Origin: Pseudomonas sp.
GTDB taxonomy: Bacteria; Pseudomonadota; Gammaproteobacteria; Pseudomonadales; Pseudomonadaceae
Assembly (NCBI RefSeq): GCF_035512415.1
Contig: NZ_DATKDZ010000022.1
Location: 12,003 to 76,002 of the forward strand
Reading direction: 5' to 3'
Length of the DNA stretch: 64,000 bases
The position numbers were made by a program, and so were the translations under genes. Below, one piece after another: positions 9,403-17,455 of the stretch. Each line of letters begins with the position of its first letter. Within the stretch, counting starts at the first letter, position 1. Under the pieces are notes generated by a model. The model saw only the letters and a list, made by a program, of their open reading frames with translations, had not been told where the DNA came from and did no database searches.

Positions 9403-10392
9403 TCAGTCGAGGTTGACCAATACGCGGCCAACCTGCTGACCCGCCAGTATCCGGCCGATGGCCTGAGGCAGCTCGGCCAGGCCCAGCTCTGTGACCAGGG
9501 GCTCCAGATCGAGCTTCCATTGCAGCGACAGTCGGTCCCACATCGAGGCCTTGACCACCAACGGCAGCTCCACCGAATCGACGCCCAGCAGGTTCACTCC
9601 GCGCAGGATAAACGGCAGCACACTGCCGTTGAGGGCCACGCCTGCGGTCAGGCCGCAGCAGGCGGCACTGCTGCCATAACGCAACGACTTGAGTACATTG
9701 ACCAGGATGTCGCCGCCCACCGTATCCACCGCACCGCCCCAGCGCTCCTTGAGCACGGGCCGCTCGACGCCCTCCAGCAACTCAGCGCGCGAGACGATCT
9801 CCTGCGCCCCCAGGCCCTTGAGAAAAACCGCCTGCTCGGCCTTGCCCGTCGAGGCGGCCACGCGGTAGCCCAGAGTATTGAGCAACACCACAGCGATACT
9901 GCCGACGCCACCCGTGGCACCGGTCACCAGCACGGGGCCGGCATCCGGAGTCATTCCTGCCTGCTCGAGCTTGTCGACACACAGCGCCGCGGTAAGCCCC
10001 GCAGTCCCCAGCAGCATGGCTTCGCGCAGGGACAGGCCCTTGGGCCGCTTCAGCGCCCAGGCAGCCGGAATGCGGATGTACTGGGCAAAGCCCCCGGAGG
10101 TATTCATACCCAGGTCGTAACCGGTGACTATCACCTCATCGCCAACGCCAAACTCGGCCACGGCAGACGCCTCAACCACCCCTGCTGCATCGATGCCCGG
10201 GGTATGCGGGAAGCTTCTGGTCACGCCGCGGTTGCCGCTGGCCGACAGGGCGTCCTTGTAATTGAGCGAGGAATATTTAACCCGCACCAGCAACTCGCCG
10301 GCGGGCAACTGATCGATCTCGCGCTGAACCATCACCTGCTCGAATTGGCCGGCGGCGTTCTCGACAGCCTGCAATGCGTTGAACCCACTCAT
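9403..10392 (-). CDS. NADPH:quinone oxidoreductase family, YhdH/AcuI (acrylyl-CoA reductase-like) subfamily
   Basis: MDR-superfamily pattern (VRVKYSSLNYKD, VLVTGATGGVGS). The start is set at ATG 10392, preceded by GGGGAAG. Confidence 0.85.
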   Translation of the reverse strand: MSGFNALQAVENAAGQFEQVMVQREIDQLPAGELLVRVKYSSLNYKDALSASGNRGVTRSFPHTPGIDAAGVVEASAVAEFGVGDEVIVTGYDLGMNTSGGFAQYIRIPAAWALKRPKGLSLREAMLLGTAGLTAALCVDKLEQAGMTPDAGPVLVTGATGGVGSIAVVLLNTLGYRVAASTGKAEQAVFLKGLGAQEIVSRAELLEGVERPVLKERWGGAVDTVGGDILVNVLKSLRYGSSAACCGLTAGVALNGSVLPFILRGVNLLGVDSVELPLVVKASMWDRLSLQWKLDLEPLVTELGLAELPQAIGRILAGQQVGRVLVNLD

Positions 10393-10415
10393 CGTCTTCC
10401 CCTGTAGCAAACGGA

Positions 10416-11432
10416 TTACCAGAAACGCTGCTGCAAACGGCTCAGCCAGGTCAGGGCAAAGCGATCCAGCGCCACGCTGGCTGCCAGCCCTACACGTTCC
10501 TGCAAGGATTTCTTCTCGGCATAGTGCAAATGAAACAGCTCGGTGCTCTTCGCCCGCTCTGCCAGGTACTCGTCACTGGTCTTGAGTTCATCGACCAGCT
10601 GCTTTTCCAGGGCGCTAAGGCCCAGCCAGACTTCGCCCGTGGCGATATCGTCGATATCCAACTGCGGGCGATAGCGCGCCACAAAATTCTTGAACAGTAC
10701 ATGGGTGGTTTCCAAGTCTTCCTGGAATTTCTCCCGGCCCTTCTCGGTATTTTCGCCAAATACCGTCAGGGTGCGCTTGTATTCACCAGCGGTGAGCACC
10801 TCGAAGTCGATGTCGTGTTTCTTCAACAGACGATGCACGTTGGGTAGCTGCGCCACCACGCCGATGGAGCCGAGAATGGCGAACGGCGCGGAAATAATCT
10901 TCTCGCCGATGCAGGCCATCATATAGCCGCCGCTGGCCGCGACCTTGTCGATGCAGATGGTCAGCGGCACGCCGGCCTGGCGAATACGCGCCAGCTGCGA
11001 GGACGCCAGGCCGTAGCTGTGAACCATGCCGCCGCCGCTTTCCAGGCGCAGCACCACTTCATCCTCGGGGGTGGCCATACTCAGCAAGGCGGTGATCTCG
11101 TGGCGCAGGTTGTCGGTGGCCGACGCCTTGATATCGCCATCGAAGTCCAGCACATAGACCCGGGGCTTGTGGCTGCCGGCTTTTTTCGCCTGCTTGGCCG
11201 CCTTGGCTTCGGCCTTGTGCGCGACTTTCAGCTGGTCCTTGTCCAGCACCGCCTGTTCCAGGCGCTGGTGCAGTTGCTTGTAGAAGTCGTTGAGTTTATT
11301 GACCTGCAACTGGCCGGCAGTGCGCCGCCCCCGTCCGCGCAATGCGGCAATCGCCACCAGCACGATCAGGATGGCCACCACCAGGGTCACCGTCTTGGCC
11401 AGAAAGCCCACATACTCCGCAATAAACTCCAC
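10416..11432 (-). CDS. sohB: S49-family inner-membrane peptidase SohB
   Basis: N-terminal TM, then the SppA/S49 core (DKVAASGGYMMAC...GSIGVV). GTG start with AGGGGGAA upstream. Confidence 0.85.
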   Translation of the reverse strand: MEFIAEYVGFLAKTVTLVVAILIVLVAIAALRGRGRRTAGQLQVNKLNDFYKQLHQRLEQAVLDKDQLKVAHKAEAKAAKQAKKAGSHKPRVYVLDFDGDIKASATDNLRHEITALLSMATPEDEVVLRLESGGGMVHSYGLASSQLARIRQAGVPLTICIDKVAASGGYMMACIGEKIISAPFAILGSIGVVAQLPNVHRLLKKHDIDFEVLTAGEYKRTLTVFGENTEKGREKFQEDLETTHVLFKNFVARYRPQLDIDDIATGEVWLGLSALEKQLVDELKTSDEYLAERAKSTELFHLHYAEKKSLQERVGLAASVALDRFALTWLSRLQQRFW

Positions 11433-11577
11433 GCATTCCCCCTAATCCAGATAGCAGCGCCTACTCGTCAGCACGCCGATGTTGCCCAAGCATACCGAGG
11501 CCACTGGCCCGCGACCAGCGAGCCAGGAGCAGACATTGATTGCAATGGTGCAATTCAAACAAGCGTATGTTTTTACG

Positions 11578-11606
11578 TTGACAGCTCCCCGGCTTCCCCA
11601 TAACCT
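11578..11606 (+). promoter_or_regulatory. possible sigma70 promoter TTGACA-17-TAACCT for the 11642 gene
   Basis: The -35 hexamer is perfect but the -10 is weak. An imperfect palindrome TTGATTGCAatggTGCAATTCAA lies just upstream (about 11538-11561). Confidence 0.3.
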
Positions 11607-11641
11607 CGCGAAAACTTCAACGTACCGGGATCTTAGCGGAC

Positions 11642-12352
11642 GTGGGCAGCATCTACCTGATTCGACATGGCCAGGCCTCCTTCGGTGCAGACGATTACGA
11701 TGTGCTATCGCCCGTCGGAATTCGCCAGGCCGAAGTGCTGGGCGCACACCTCGCCCAACTCGGCACGCGCCTCGACCGCAGCCTGAGCGGCGACCTGCGT
11801 CGCCAGCAGCACACAGCCAATACCACCCTGGAGCAACTGCGCGCAGCGGCCATCGACGTGCCCGCCTTGGAAATCGATGCGGCCTTCAATGAGTTCGATG
11901 CCGACGCGGTGGTGCGCACCCTGCTCCCAGGCATGCTTGGCGAAGAACCTGAAGCCCTGCATATCCTGCGCAATGGCCCGAGTAATCGTGCCGAATTCCA
12001 GCGCCTGTTCGCCAAACTGATCGGTCGCTGGATCGCTGGCGAGCATGACCAGCCCGATCTGCAAAGCTGGCAAGGCTTTGTCGAGCAGGTGCGCGGCGGC
12101 CTCGAGCGCTTGCTTGAGCAGGCCGAGAGCAAACAGAACATTGCCGTATTCACCTCCGGCGGCACTATCACCGCCCTGCTCCATCTGATTACAGGTATTG
12201 CGCCGGCGCAGGCTTTCGAGCTGAACTGGCAAATCGTTAACACCTCACTCAGCTGCCTGAAGTTTCGTGGCAGCCAGGTGAGCCTGGCTTCCTTCAACAG
12301 CCATGTGCATTTACAGCTGTTGAAGACGCCGGAACTCATCACCTACCGTTGA
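11642..12352 (+). CDS. histidine phosphatase (phosphoglycerate-mutase-like) family protein
   Basis: Catalytic RHG motif at the N-terminus (IYLIRHGQASF); GTG start; 236 aa. Confidence 0.85.
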   Translation: MGSIYLIRHGQASFGADDYDVLSPVGIRQAEVLGAHLAQLGTRLDRSLSGDLRRQQHTANTTLEQLRAAAIDVPALEIDAAFNEFDADAVVRTLLPGMLGEEPEALHILRNGPSNRAEFQRLFAKLIGRWIAGEHDQPDLQSWQGFVEQVRGGLERLLEQAESKQNIAVFTSGGTITALLHLITGIAPAQAFELNWQIVNTSLSCLKFRGSQVSLASFNSHVHLQLLKTPELITYR

Positions 12353-12409
12353 GTACCGGCCCACTGCGCCCATACCGGCGCTAGAAAAACCTGAGAAAAG
12401 GAAAACAAC

Positions 12410-12721
12410 ATGAGCGTTGCAGACATCGTCACCACCATGCAGTCCAAATTCAACGCCAGTGCCGCCGCAGGCCTGGACCTGGTCTTCCAGTTCAACATCG
12501 AAGACGGCGAGAACTACGCCCTGATCGTCAAGGATGGCACCTGCGCCGTTGAGCAAGGTGACAACCCCAACGCCAGCGTCACCCTGATCATGGACACCGA
12601 AACCCTGAAAGGCATCACCAGCGGCGAGACCGATGGCATGCAGGCCTTTATGTCCGGCAAACTGCGCGCCGAAGGCGACATGATGCTGGCCATGAAACTG
12701 GGCGAACTGTTCCCGGTTTAA
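12410..12721 (+). CDS. SCP2 sterol/lipid-carrier domain protein
   Basis: 103 aa ending in the SCP2 signature (GMQAFMSGKLRAEGDMMLAMKLGELF). Good SD (AAGGAAA). Confidence 0.8.
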   Translation: MSVADIVTTMQSKFNASAAAGLDLVFQFNIEDGENYALIVKDGTCAVEQGDNPNASVTLIMDTETLKGITSGETDGMQAFMSGKLRAEGDMMLAMKLGELFPV

Positions 12722-12745
12722 GCGGCAAGGCACTACGCAGAACAG

Positions 12746-12777
12746 AAAAAACCGGAGTCTCGTACTCCGGTTTTTTT
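12746..12777 (+). terminator. Intrinsic terminator AAAAAACCGGAGT-CTCGT-ACTCCGGTTTTTTT
   Basis: 7-bp GC-rich stem followed by a 7-T tail, 25 nt after the SCP2 stop. Confidence 0.9.
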
Positions 12778-12786
12778 ATGTTCAGC

Positions 12787-12851
12787 ACATCCATGCGCTT
12801 CACCCCTTCGGGGCTTACGCGCAAAAACCGCTCCCGGCGTTTTTGTGCCCG
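12787..12851 (+). repeat. Degenerate copy (A1) of the structured extragenic repeat
   Basis: ACATCCATGCGCTTCACCCCTTCGGGGCTTACGCGCAAAAACCGCTCCCGGCGTTTTTGTGCCCG aligns with the copy immediately downstream. Confidence 0.6.
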
Positions 12852-12920
12852 GCCATCCATGGCGGCCACCCTACGGGCCGTCGCTACGCGACGTTAAAAA
12901 TTGCTCCCGGCAATTTTTTT
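12852..12920 (+). repeat. Structured extragenic repeat, copy A2
   Basis: GCCATCCATGGCGGCCACCCTACGGGCCGTCGCTACGCGACGTTAAAAATTGCTCCCGGCAATTTTT shows one mismatch over 67 nt against 15002-15068. Confidence 0.85.
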
Positions 12921-13073
12921 ATGCCCGCAAACTAGGCTTCAATGGTCAATCAGGCAGCCTGATTGTGTGGCAACACGCCAGCCTATAACGGCGCGTATCG
13001 CTTGTGAGCAACCGACCGCAGCATTAGATTAACCAATAATCTTGGGCACCCATCATAAGTAGAAGGGATAAAC

Positions 13074-14141
13074 ATGGCGCTTACCGACCAGTCCACCCGC
13101 ATCCGCGAAGGCGAAGAACTCGACACCGCGGTTATCGACCAGTACCTCAAGGCACATATCCCCGGCCTTACTGGCGAGCCGCGTATCAGCCAGTTTCCCG
13201 GTGGTGCCTCGAACCTGACCTACCTGCTCGAATACCCAAACCAGGAATTCGTCCTGCGCCGCCCGCCCTTTGGCCACAAGGCCAAATCCGCCCATGACAT
13301 GGGCCGCGAGTACCGCATCCTCAACCAGCTCAATGCCGGCTTCCCCTACTGCCCCAAGGCCTATGTGCACTGCACCGACGAGTCGGTGATCGGGGGCGAG
13401 TTCTATGTGATGGAGCGGGTCAACGGCATCATCCTGCGTTCGGACATGCCGGCTGAGCTGAACTTCAGCGCCGAGCAGACCCGCGAACTGTGCAAGAGCT
13501 TTATCGACAAGATGGTCGAGCTGCACAACGTCGACTACCAGGCCTGCGGCCTCGGCGATCTGGGTAAGCCCGAAGGCTATGTGCAACGGCAGATTGGCGG
13601 CTGGAGTGATCGCTACGACAAGGCCCTGACCCCCGACGCGCCACTCTGGGAGCCGGTCAAAGCCTGGCTCAAGGATAAGATGCCCGCCGATCACGCCAAG
13701 TCGGCCATCGTCCACAACGACTACCGTTTCGACAACGTGATTCTCGACCCGCAGAACCCGAGCCAGATCATCGGCGTGCTGGACTGGGAGCTGACCACCA
13801 TCGGCGACCCGCTGATGGACCTGGGTAACACCCTCGCCTACTGGATCGAAGCCGCTGACCCAGCGCCGGTGCAGTTGATGCGCCGCCAGCCAAGCAATGC
13901 CCCGGGCATGCTCACCCGCCAACAGTTCGCCGACTATTACGCCGAACGTTCGGGCATCGAAATCAAAAGCATCGACTTCTACTACACCTACGGTCTGTTC
14001 CGCCTGGCCGGTATCGTGCAGCAAATTTACTACCGCTACTTCCATGGCCAGACCCAGGACAAACGCTTCGCCCAGTTTATTCAGATGAACAAACTGCTGG
14101 AGCAGATGAGCCTGCAGGTCATTAATAAATCGCAGCTGTAA
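13074..14141 (+). CDS. APH-like phosphotransferase (ACAD10/11-kinase / LvaA-like family)
   Basis: Kinase catalytic loop IVHNDYRFDNVIL and metal-binding GVLDWE motif; 355 aa. The 404-aa antisense ORF is an artefact. Confidence 0.85.
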   Translation: MALTDQSTRIREGEELDTAVIDQYLKAHIPGLTGEPRISQFPGGASNLTYLLEYPNQEFVLRRPPFGHKAKSAHDMGREYRILNQLNAGFPYCPKAYVHCTDESVIGGEFYVMERVNGIILRSDMPAELNFSAEQTRELCKSFIDKMVELHNVDYQACGLGDLGKPEGYVQRQIGGWSDRYDKALTPDAPLWEPVKAWLKDKMPADHAKSAIVHNDYRFDNVILDPQNPSQIIGVLDWELTTIGDPLMDLGNTLAYWIEAADPAPVQLMRRQPSNAPGMLTRQQFADYYAERSGIEIKSIDFYYTYGLFRLAGIVQQIYYRYFHGQTQDKRFAQFIQMNKLLEQMSLQVINKSQL

Positions 14142-14181
14142 ACGGCCGAACAGGCCTCTCAAATCAGGAAAGGAAAAGCCC

Positions 14182-14949
14182 ATGTCCAAAACCCAACTGT
14201 TCGACCTCGACGGCAAGATCGCTTTCGTCTCCGGTGCCAGCCGCGGCATCGGTGAGGCCATCGCCAAACTGCTGGCCCAGCAAGGCGCTCATGTAATCGT
14301 CTCGAGCCGCAAGATCGACGATTGCCAGAAAGTCGCCGACGCCATCATCGCCGCTGGCGGCAAAGCCACTCCTGTGGCCTGCCATATCGGCGAGATGGAG
14401 CAGATCAGCAACGTCTTCGCACAAATCAAGGAGCAGTTCGGCCGCCTGGACATCCTGGTCAACAACGCCGCCACCAACCCGCAGTTCTGCAACGTACTGG
14501 ACACCGATCTGGGCGCGTTCCAGAAAACCGTCGATGTGAACATCCGCGGTTACTACTTTATGTCCATCGAAGGCGGCAAGCTGATGAAGGCCAACGGTGG
14601 TGGCAGCATCATCAACGTCGCATCGATCAACGGCGTCTCGCCAGGCGAGTTCCAGGGTATCTATTCGGTGACCAAGGCTGCCGTGATCAGCATGACCAAG
14701 GTGTTTGCCAAGGAATGCGCGCAGTTTGGCATCCGCTGCAACGCCCTGCTGCCGGGCCTGACCGACACCAAGTTTGCCTCGGCCCTGACCAAAAACGACG
14801 CCATCCTCAAAATCGCCCTGCAGCGTATTCCGCTCAAGCGTGTTGCCGACCCGAGCGAGATGGCCGGCGCGGTGCTCTATCTGGCCAGCGATGCTTCCAG
14901 CTACACCACCGGCGTATCGCTGAACGTCGATGGCGGCTTCCTCTCCTAA
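14182..14949 (+). CDS. short-chain dehydrogenase/reductase (SDR)
   Basis: Cofactor motif VSGASRGIGEAIA, NNAA, and catalytic YSVTKAAV (YxxxK). Confidence 0.9.
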   Translation: MSKTQLFDLDGKIAFVSGASRGIGEAIAKLLAQQGAHVIVSSRKIDDCQKVADAIIAAGGKATPVACHIGEMEQISNVFAQIKEQFGRLDILVNNAATNPQFCNVLDTDLGAFQKTVDVNIRGYYFMSIEGGKLMKANGGGSIINVASINGVSPGEFQGIYSVTKAAVISMTKVFAKECAQFGIRCNALLPGLTDTKFASALTKNDAILKIALQRIPLKRVADPSEMAGAVLYLASDASSYTTGVSLNVDGGFLS

Positions 14950-14970
14950 GTGAGCTGAAGCGGATAAGAG

Positions 14971-14995
14971 AAAGGGACCCGCGGGTCCCTTTTTA
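14971..14995 (+). terminator. Intrinsic terminator AAAGGGACCCGCGGGTCCCTTTTT
   Basis: GC stem plus T-tail, 22 nt after the SDR stop. Confidence 0.8.
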
Positions 14996-15001
14996 TGGCC
15001 T

Positions 15002-15069
15002 GCCATCCATGGCGGCCACCCTACGGGCCGTCGCTACGCGACGTTAAAAATTGCTCCAGGCAATTTTTA
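15002..15069 (+). repeat. Structured extragenic repeat, copy B
   Basis: Near-identical to 12852-12918. It is flanked by the direct repeat TTTTTATGGCCTG (14990-15002 and 15064-15076). Confidence 0.85.
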
Positions 15070-15080
15070 TGGCCTGAAGT

Positions 15081-15728
15081 TTATTGCCAGTCCTGCAGGG
15101 CCTGTTTGGCGGCCTGATTCATCGGCTTGGCGAGCAAGCCTGCCGGGGTCAGGCTGATGCTGTAGACGGCATCGTCGGCAATCGGCAGATAGTTCACCCG
15201 CAGCCCCTGCGGGTCGAAGATGAACAGATCGTGCTGGCCAAGCCGCAACCAGCGCCACAGGTCGATGCCATAGGGACTGTGCGCCAGGGCGACCCGTGCG
15301 TGCTGAGCCAGAGACTGCTGCTCGATGGAAAGAAAACGTCCCGAGAGTTTTTCCAGGCGATAGCCCGGCTCCAGGCCGATCAGGGCCGCCAACCCCTTCC
15401 ACTGCAGCAAGCGCGCATCCAGTTGCCAGAGATCGCCCTCCAGGGTCAGGCTGCGCTCGCGATTGCCCTCCAGCAGGCTGACCCGATAGTAGGGCCCGTC
15501 GGCCTTGAAGCTCAGGGTGGCCAGGGGCTTGTCCTGGGGGATCGGTTGGTAACTGCTGATGTCGTAGGTCAGAACGCCGATAAGCGCTGCCAGGCCGAGA
15601 AATGCCAGCCCGCAGGTACCGCGCAACCACCCCATAAACCACTGCCGGTTAAACAGGATTCGGGTCGCCACCAAGGCCGCCAGCACTGCCAGCAATGCCG
15701 TAGCCCACGCCAGTCCGCCATATTGCAT
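15081..15728 (-). CDS. hypothetical membrane-anchored protein (two N-terminal TM helices plus a soluble domain)
   Basis: Good codon bias. The start is chosen at MQYGGLAWATALLAVLAAL (15728), where the hydrophobic N-terminus begins; the ORF track extends to 15815. No motif recognised. Confidence 0.65.
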   Translation of the reverse strand: MQYGGLAWATALLAVLAALVATRILFNRQWFMGWLRGTCGLAFLGLAALIGVLTYDISSYQPIPQDKPLATLSFKADGPYYRVSLLEGNRERSLTLEGDLWQLDARLLQWKGLAALIGLEPGYRLEKLSGRFLSIEQQSLAQHARVALAHSPYGIDLWRWLRLGQHDLFIFDPQGLRVNYLPIADDAVYSISLTPAGLLAKPMNQAAKQALQDWQ

Positions 15729-15829
15729 CGAGGTCCATTCCTTATGCTGGAAAATGCCGGCATTATGCGCAGCTGCCTGGCTTGCGAACAGCAAGAGAAC
15801 CACACAATCAGACACAGGACGTGTTTTTC

Positions 15830-16615
15830 ATGCCTTTCCCCTTCGAGCTCGGCGTCGATCTCTCGACCCTGGCGATTCTGGCCCTGGTTGCCTTCATAGC
15901 TGGCTTTATCGACGCCATCGCTGGTGGTGGCGGCCTGCTGACCATTCCCGCTCTGCTCACCGCGGGCCTGCCGCCGCACCTGGCCCTGGGCACCAATAAA
16001 CTCAGCTCGACCTTTGGCTCGGCCACCGCCAGCTACACCTTTTACCGGCGCAAGCTGTTTGCCCCCCGGCAATGGCGCAATGCGCTGATCGGTACTGCCG
16101 TGGGCGCGCTGCTGGGGGCGGCGCTGGCGCAATGGGTGCCGTCGGCCTGGCTCAACCAGATGCTGCCGGTGGTGGTCTTTGCCTGCGGCCTATACCTGTT
16201 GTTCGGCAAGACACCCGCCGCACCGCTGCTGGCCGACGCCCCCATCGCCCAGGGTCGGCAATGGCCGCAGGGCCTCAGTTTGGGTTTCTACGATGGGGTG
16301 GCGGGGCCAGGCACCGGCGCGTTCTGGACGGTTAGCAGCCTGCTGCTCTACCCGCTCGATCTGGTACGGGCCAGTGGCGTAGCACGCAGCATGAACTTCG
16401 TCAGCAATGCCTGCGCCCTCAGCGTGTTTATCCTCAGCGGTCAGGTGGCCTGGCTACTCGGCATCAGCATGGGCCTGGCGCTGATGGTTGGGGCCTTCCT
16501 CGGCGCGCGCACGGCGATCAAGGGCGGCTCGAAGTTTATCCGCCCGGTATTTATCCTGGTGGTACTGGGCTTGACCGTGCGCCTGGCCTGGCAGCACTGG
16601 TTCGGGCTGGCGTAG
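15830..16615 (+). CDS. TSUP/TauE-SafE family anion (sulfite-type) exporter
   Basis: Duplicated 4-TM pattern with GxxDAIAGGGGLLTIP near the N-terminus. The start is set at MPFPFELG. Confidence 0.85.
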   Translation: MPFPFELGVDLSTLAILALVAFIAGFIDAIAGGGGLLTIPALLTAGLPPHLALGTNKLSSTFGSATASYTFYRRKLFAPRQWRNALIGTAVGALLGAALAQWVPSAWLNQMLPVVVFACGLYLLFGKTPAAPLLADAPIAQGRQWPQGLSLGFYDGVAGPGTGAFWTVSSLLLYPLDLVRASGVARSMNFVSNACALSVFILSGQVAWLLGISMGLALMVGAFLGARTAIKGGSKFIRPVFILVVLGLTVRLAWQHWFGLA

Positions 16616-16624
16616 CCTACGCGG

Positions 16625-17455
16625 CTATCCCGGCAGCAACGGCTCGGGCAGCCCCAATTGGCGTGCGACATAGACATCGATCAGATAGCGGGCGATGGAA
16701 CGGGCCGCCGGCAGCGGCGGCAGATCGTGCACGCTGAACCACTGCGCATCCTCGATTTCATCGGCCTGCATAACGATATCGCCGCTGACATACTCGGCGT
16801 GAAAACCGAGCATCAGGGAGTGGGGAAATGGCCAGCCCTGGCTGCCCAGGTAACGCAGGTTGCCGACCTCAACCCCCACCTCCTCGCGCACTTCGCGGAC
16901 CACACACTGCTCAACCGATTCACCGGCCTCGACGAACCCTGCCAGGGTGCTATAGACCCCGGCAACAAAACGCGGCGAACGGGCCAGCAGCACTTCGTCG
17001 CCACGGGTTACCAGCACAATCATGCTCGGTGACAGGCGCGGGTAATGCTGCAGCTCGCAGCGCGGGCAATGCATCGCGCGCTCGCCGGCGATGTGCTGCA
17101 TGGCACCGCCACAGCTGCCGCAGAAACGGTGCTGACGCGCCCAGGTGCCGATCTGCGTGGCATAGCTGAGCAGCCTGAAGGTATCGTCGTCGCCCTGCAG
17201 CATAAATTGGCGCAGGCTCTGCCAGGAACAACCAGGCATATCGGCCGGCTGTTCCAATTCGAGCAGGTAAACGGCATCGCCATCGAAATACCCCACGCCG
17301 TGTTCGGCCAGAATCGGCAATTCCTGCTTTTTCAGCCATTCGCGGGGGAACAGCACACCATTGCTATCGGCCAGAAAGTGCTGCTTGCAGTGTGCCAGCA
17401 CCCAACCGCCCGGTTGCTGGCTATCGAGATGAGCGGGTTGCCAACGCTGCTTCAT
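16625..17455 (-). CDS. nudC: NAD-capped RNA hydrolase / NADH pyrophosphatase
   Basis: Zinc ribbon CGSCGG...CPRC and Nudix box [23 protein letters not shown]. Confidence 0.9.
   Translation of the reverse strand: MKQRWQPAHLDSQQPGGWVLAHCKQHFLADSNGVLFPREWLKKQELPILAEHGVGYFDGDAVYLLELEQPADMPGCSWQSLRQFMLQGDDDTFRLLSYATQIGTWARQHRFCGSCGGAMQHIAGERAMHCPRCELQHYPRLSPSMIVLVTRGDEVLLARSPRFVAGVYSTLAGFVEAGESVEQCVVREVREEVGVEVGNLRYLGSQGWPFPHSLMLGFHAEYVSGDIVMQADEIEDAQWFSVHDLPPLPAARSIARYLIDVYVARQLGLPEPLLPG

Noticed and set aside
13053-14267. 404-aa minus-strand ORF overlapping the kinase gene
   Set aside because: It is an antisense shadow of the APH-like phosphotransferase, which carries the HNDYRFDN and DWE motifs and a good SD. 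The minus-frame product has a low-complexity A/G/V/L/H bias. The same reasoning rejects 9382-10407(+), 25577-26923(-), 37204-38937(+), 44189-45640(+), 51097-52242(+), 51951-53606(+), 56362-58002(+) and 62496-63824(+).
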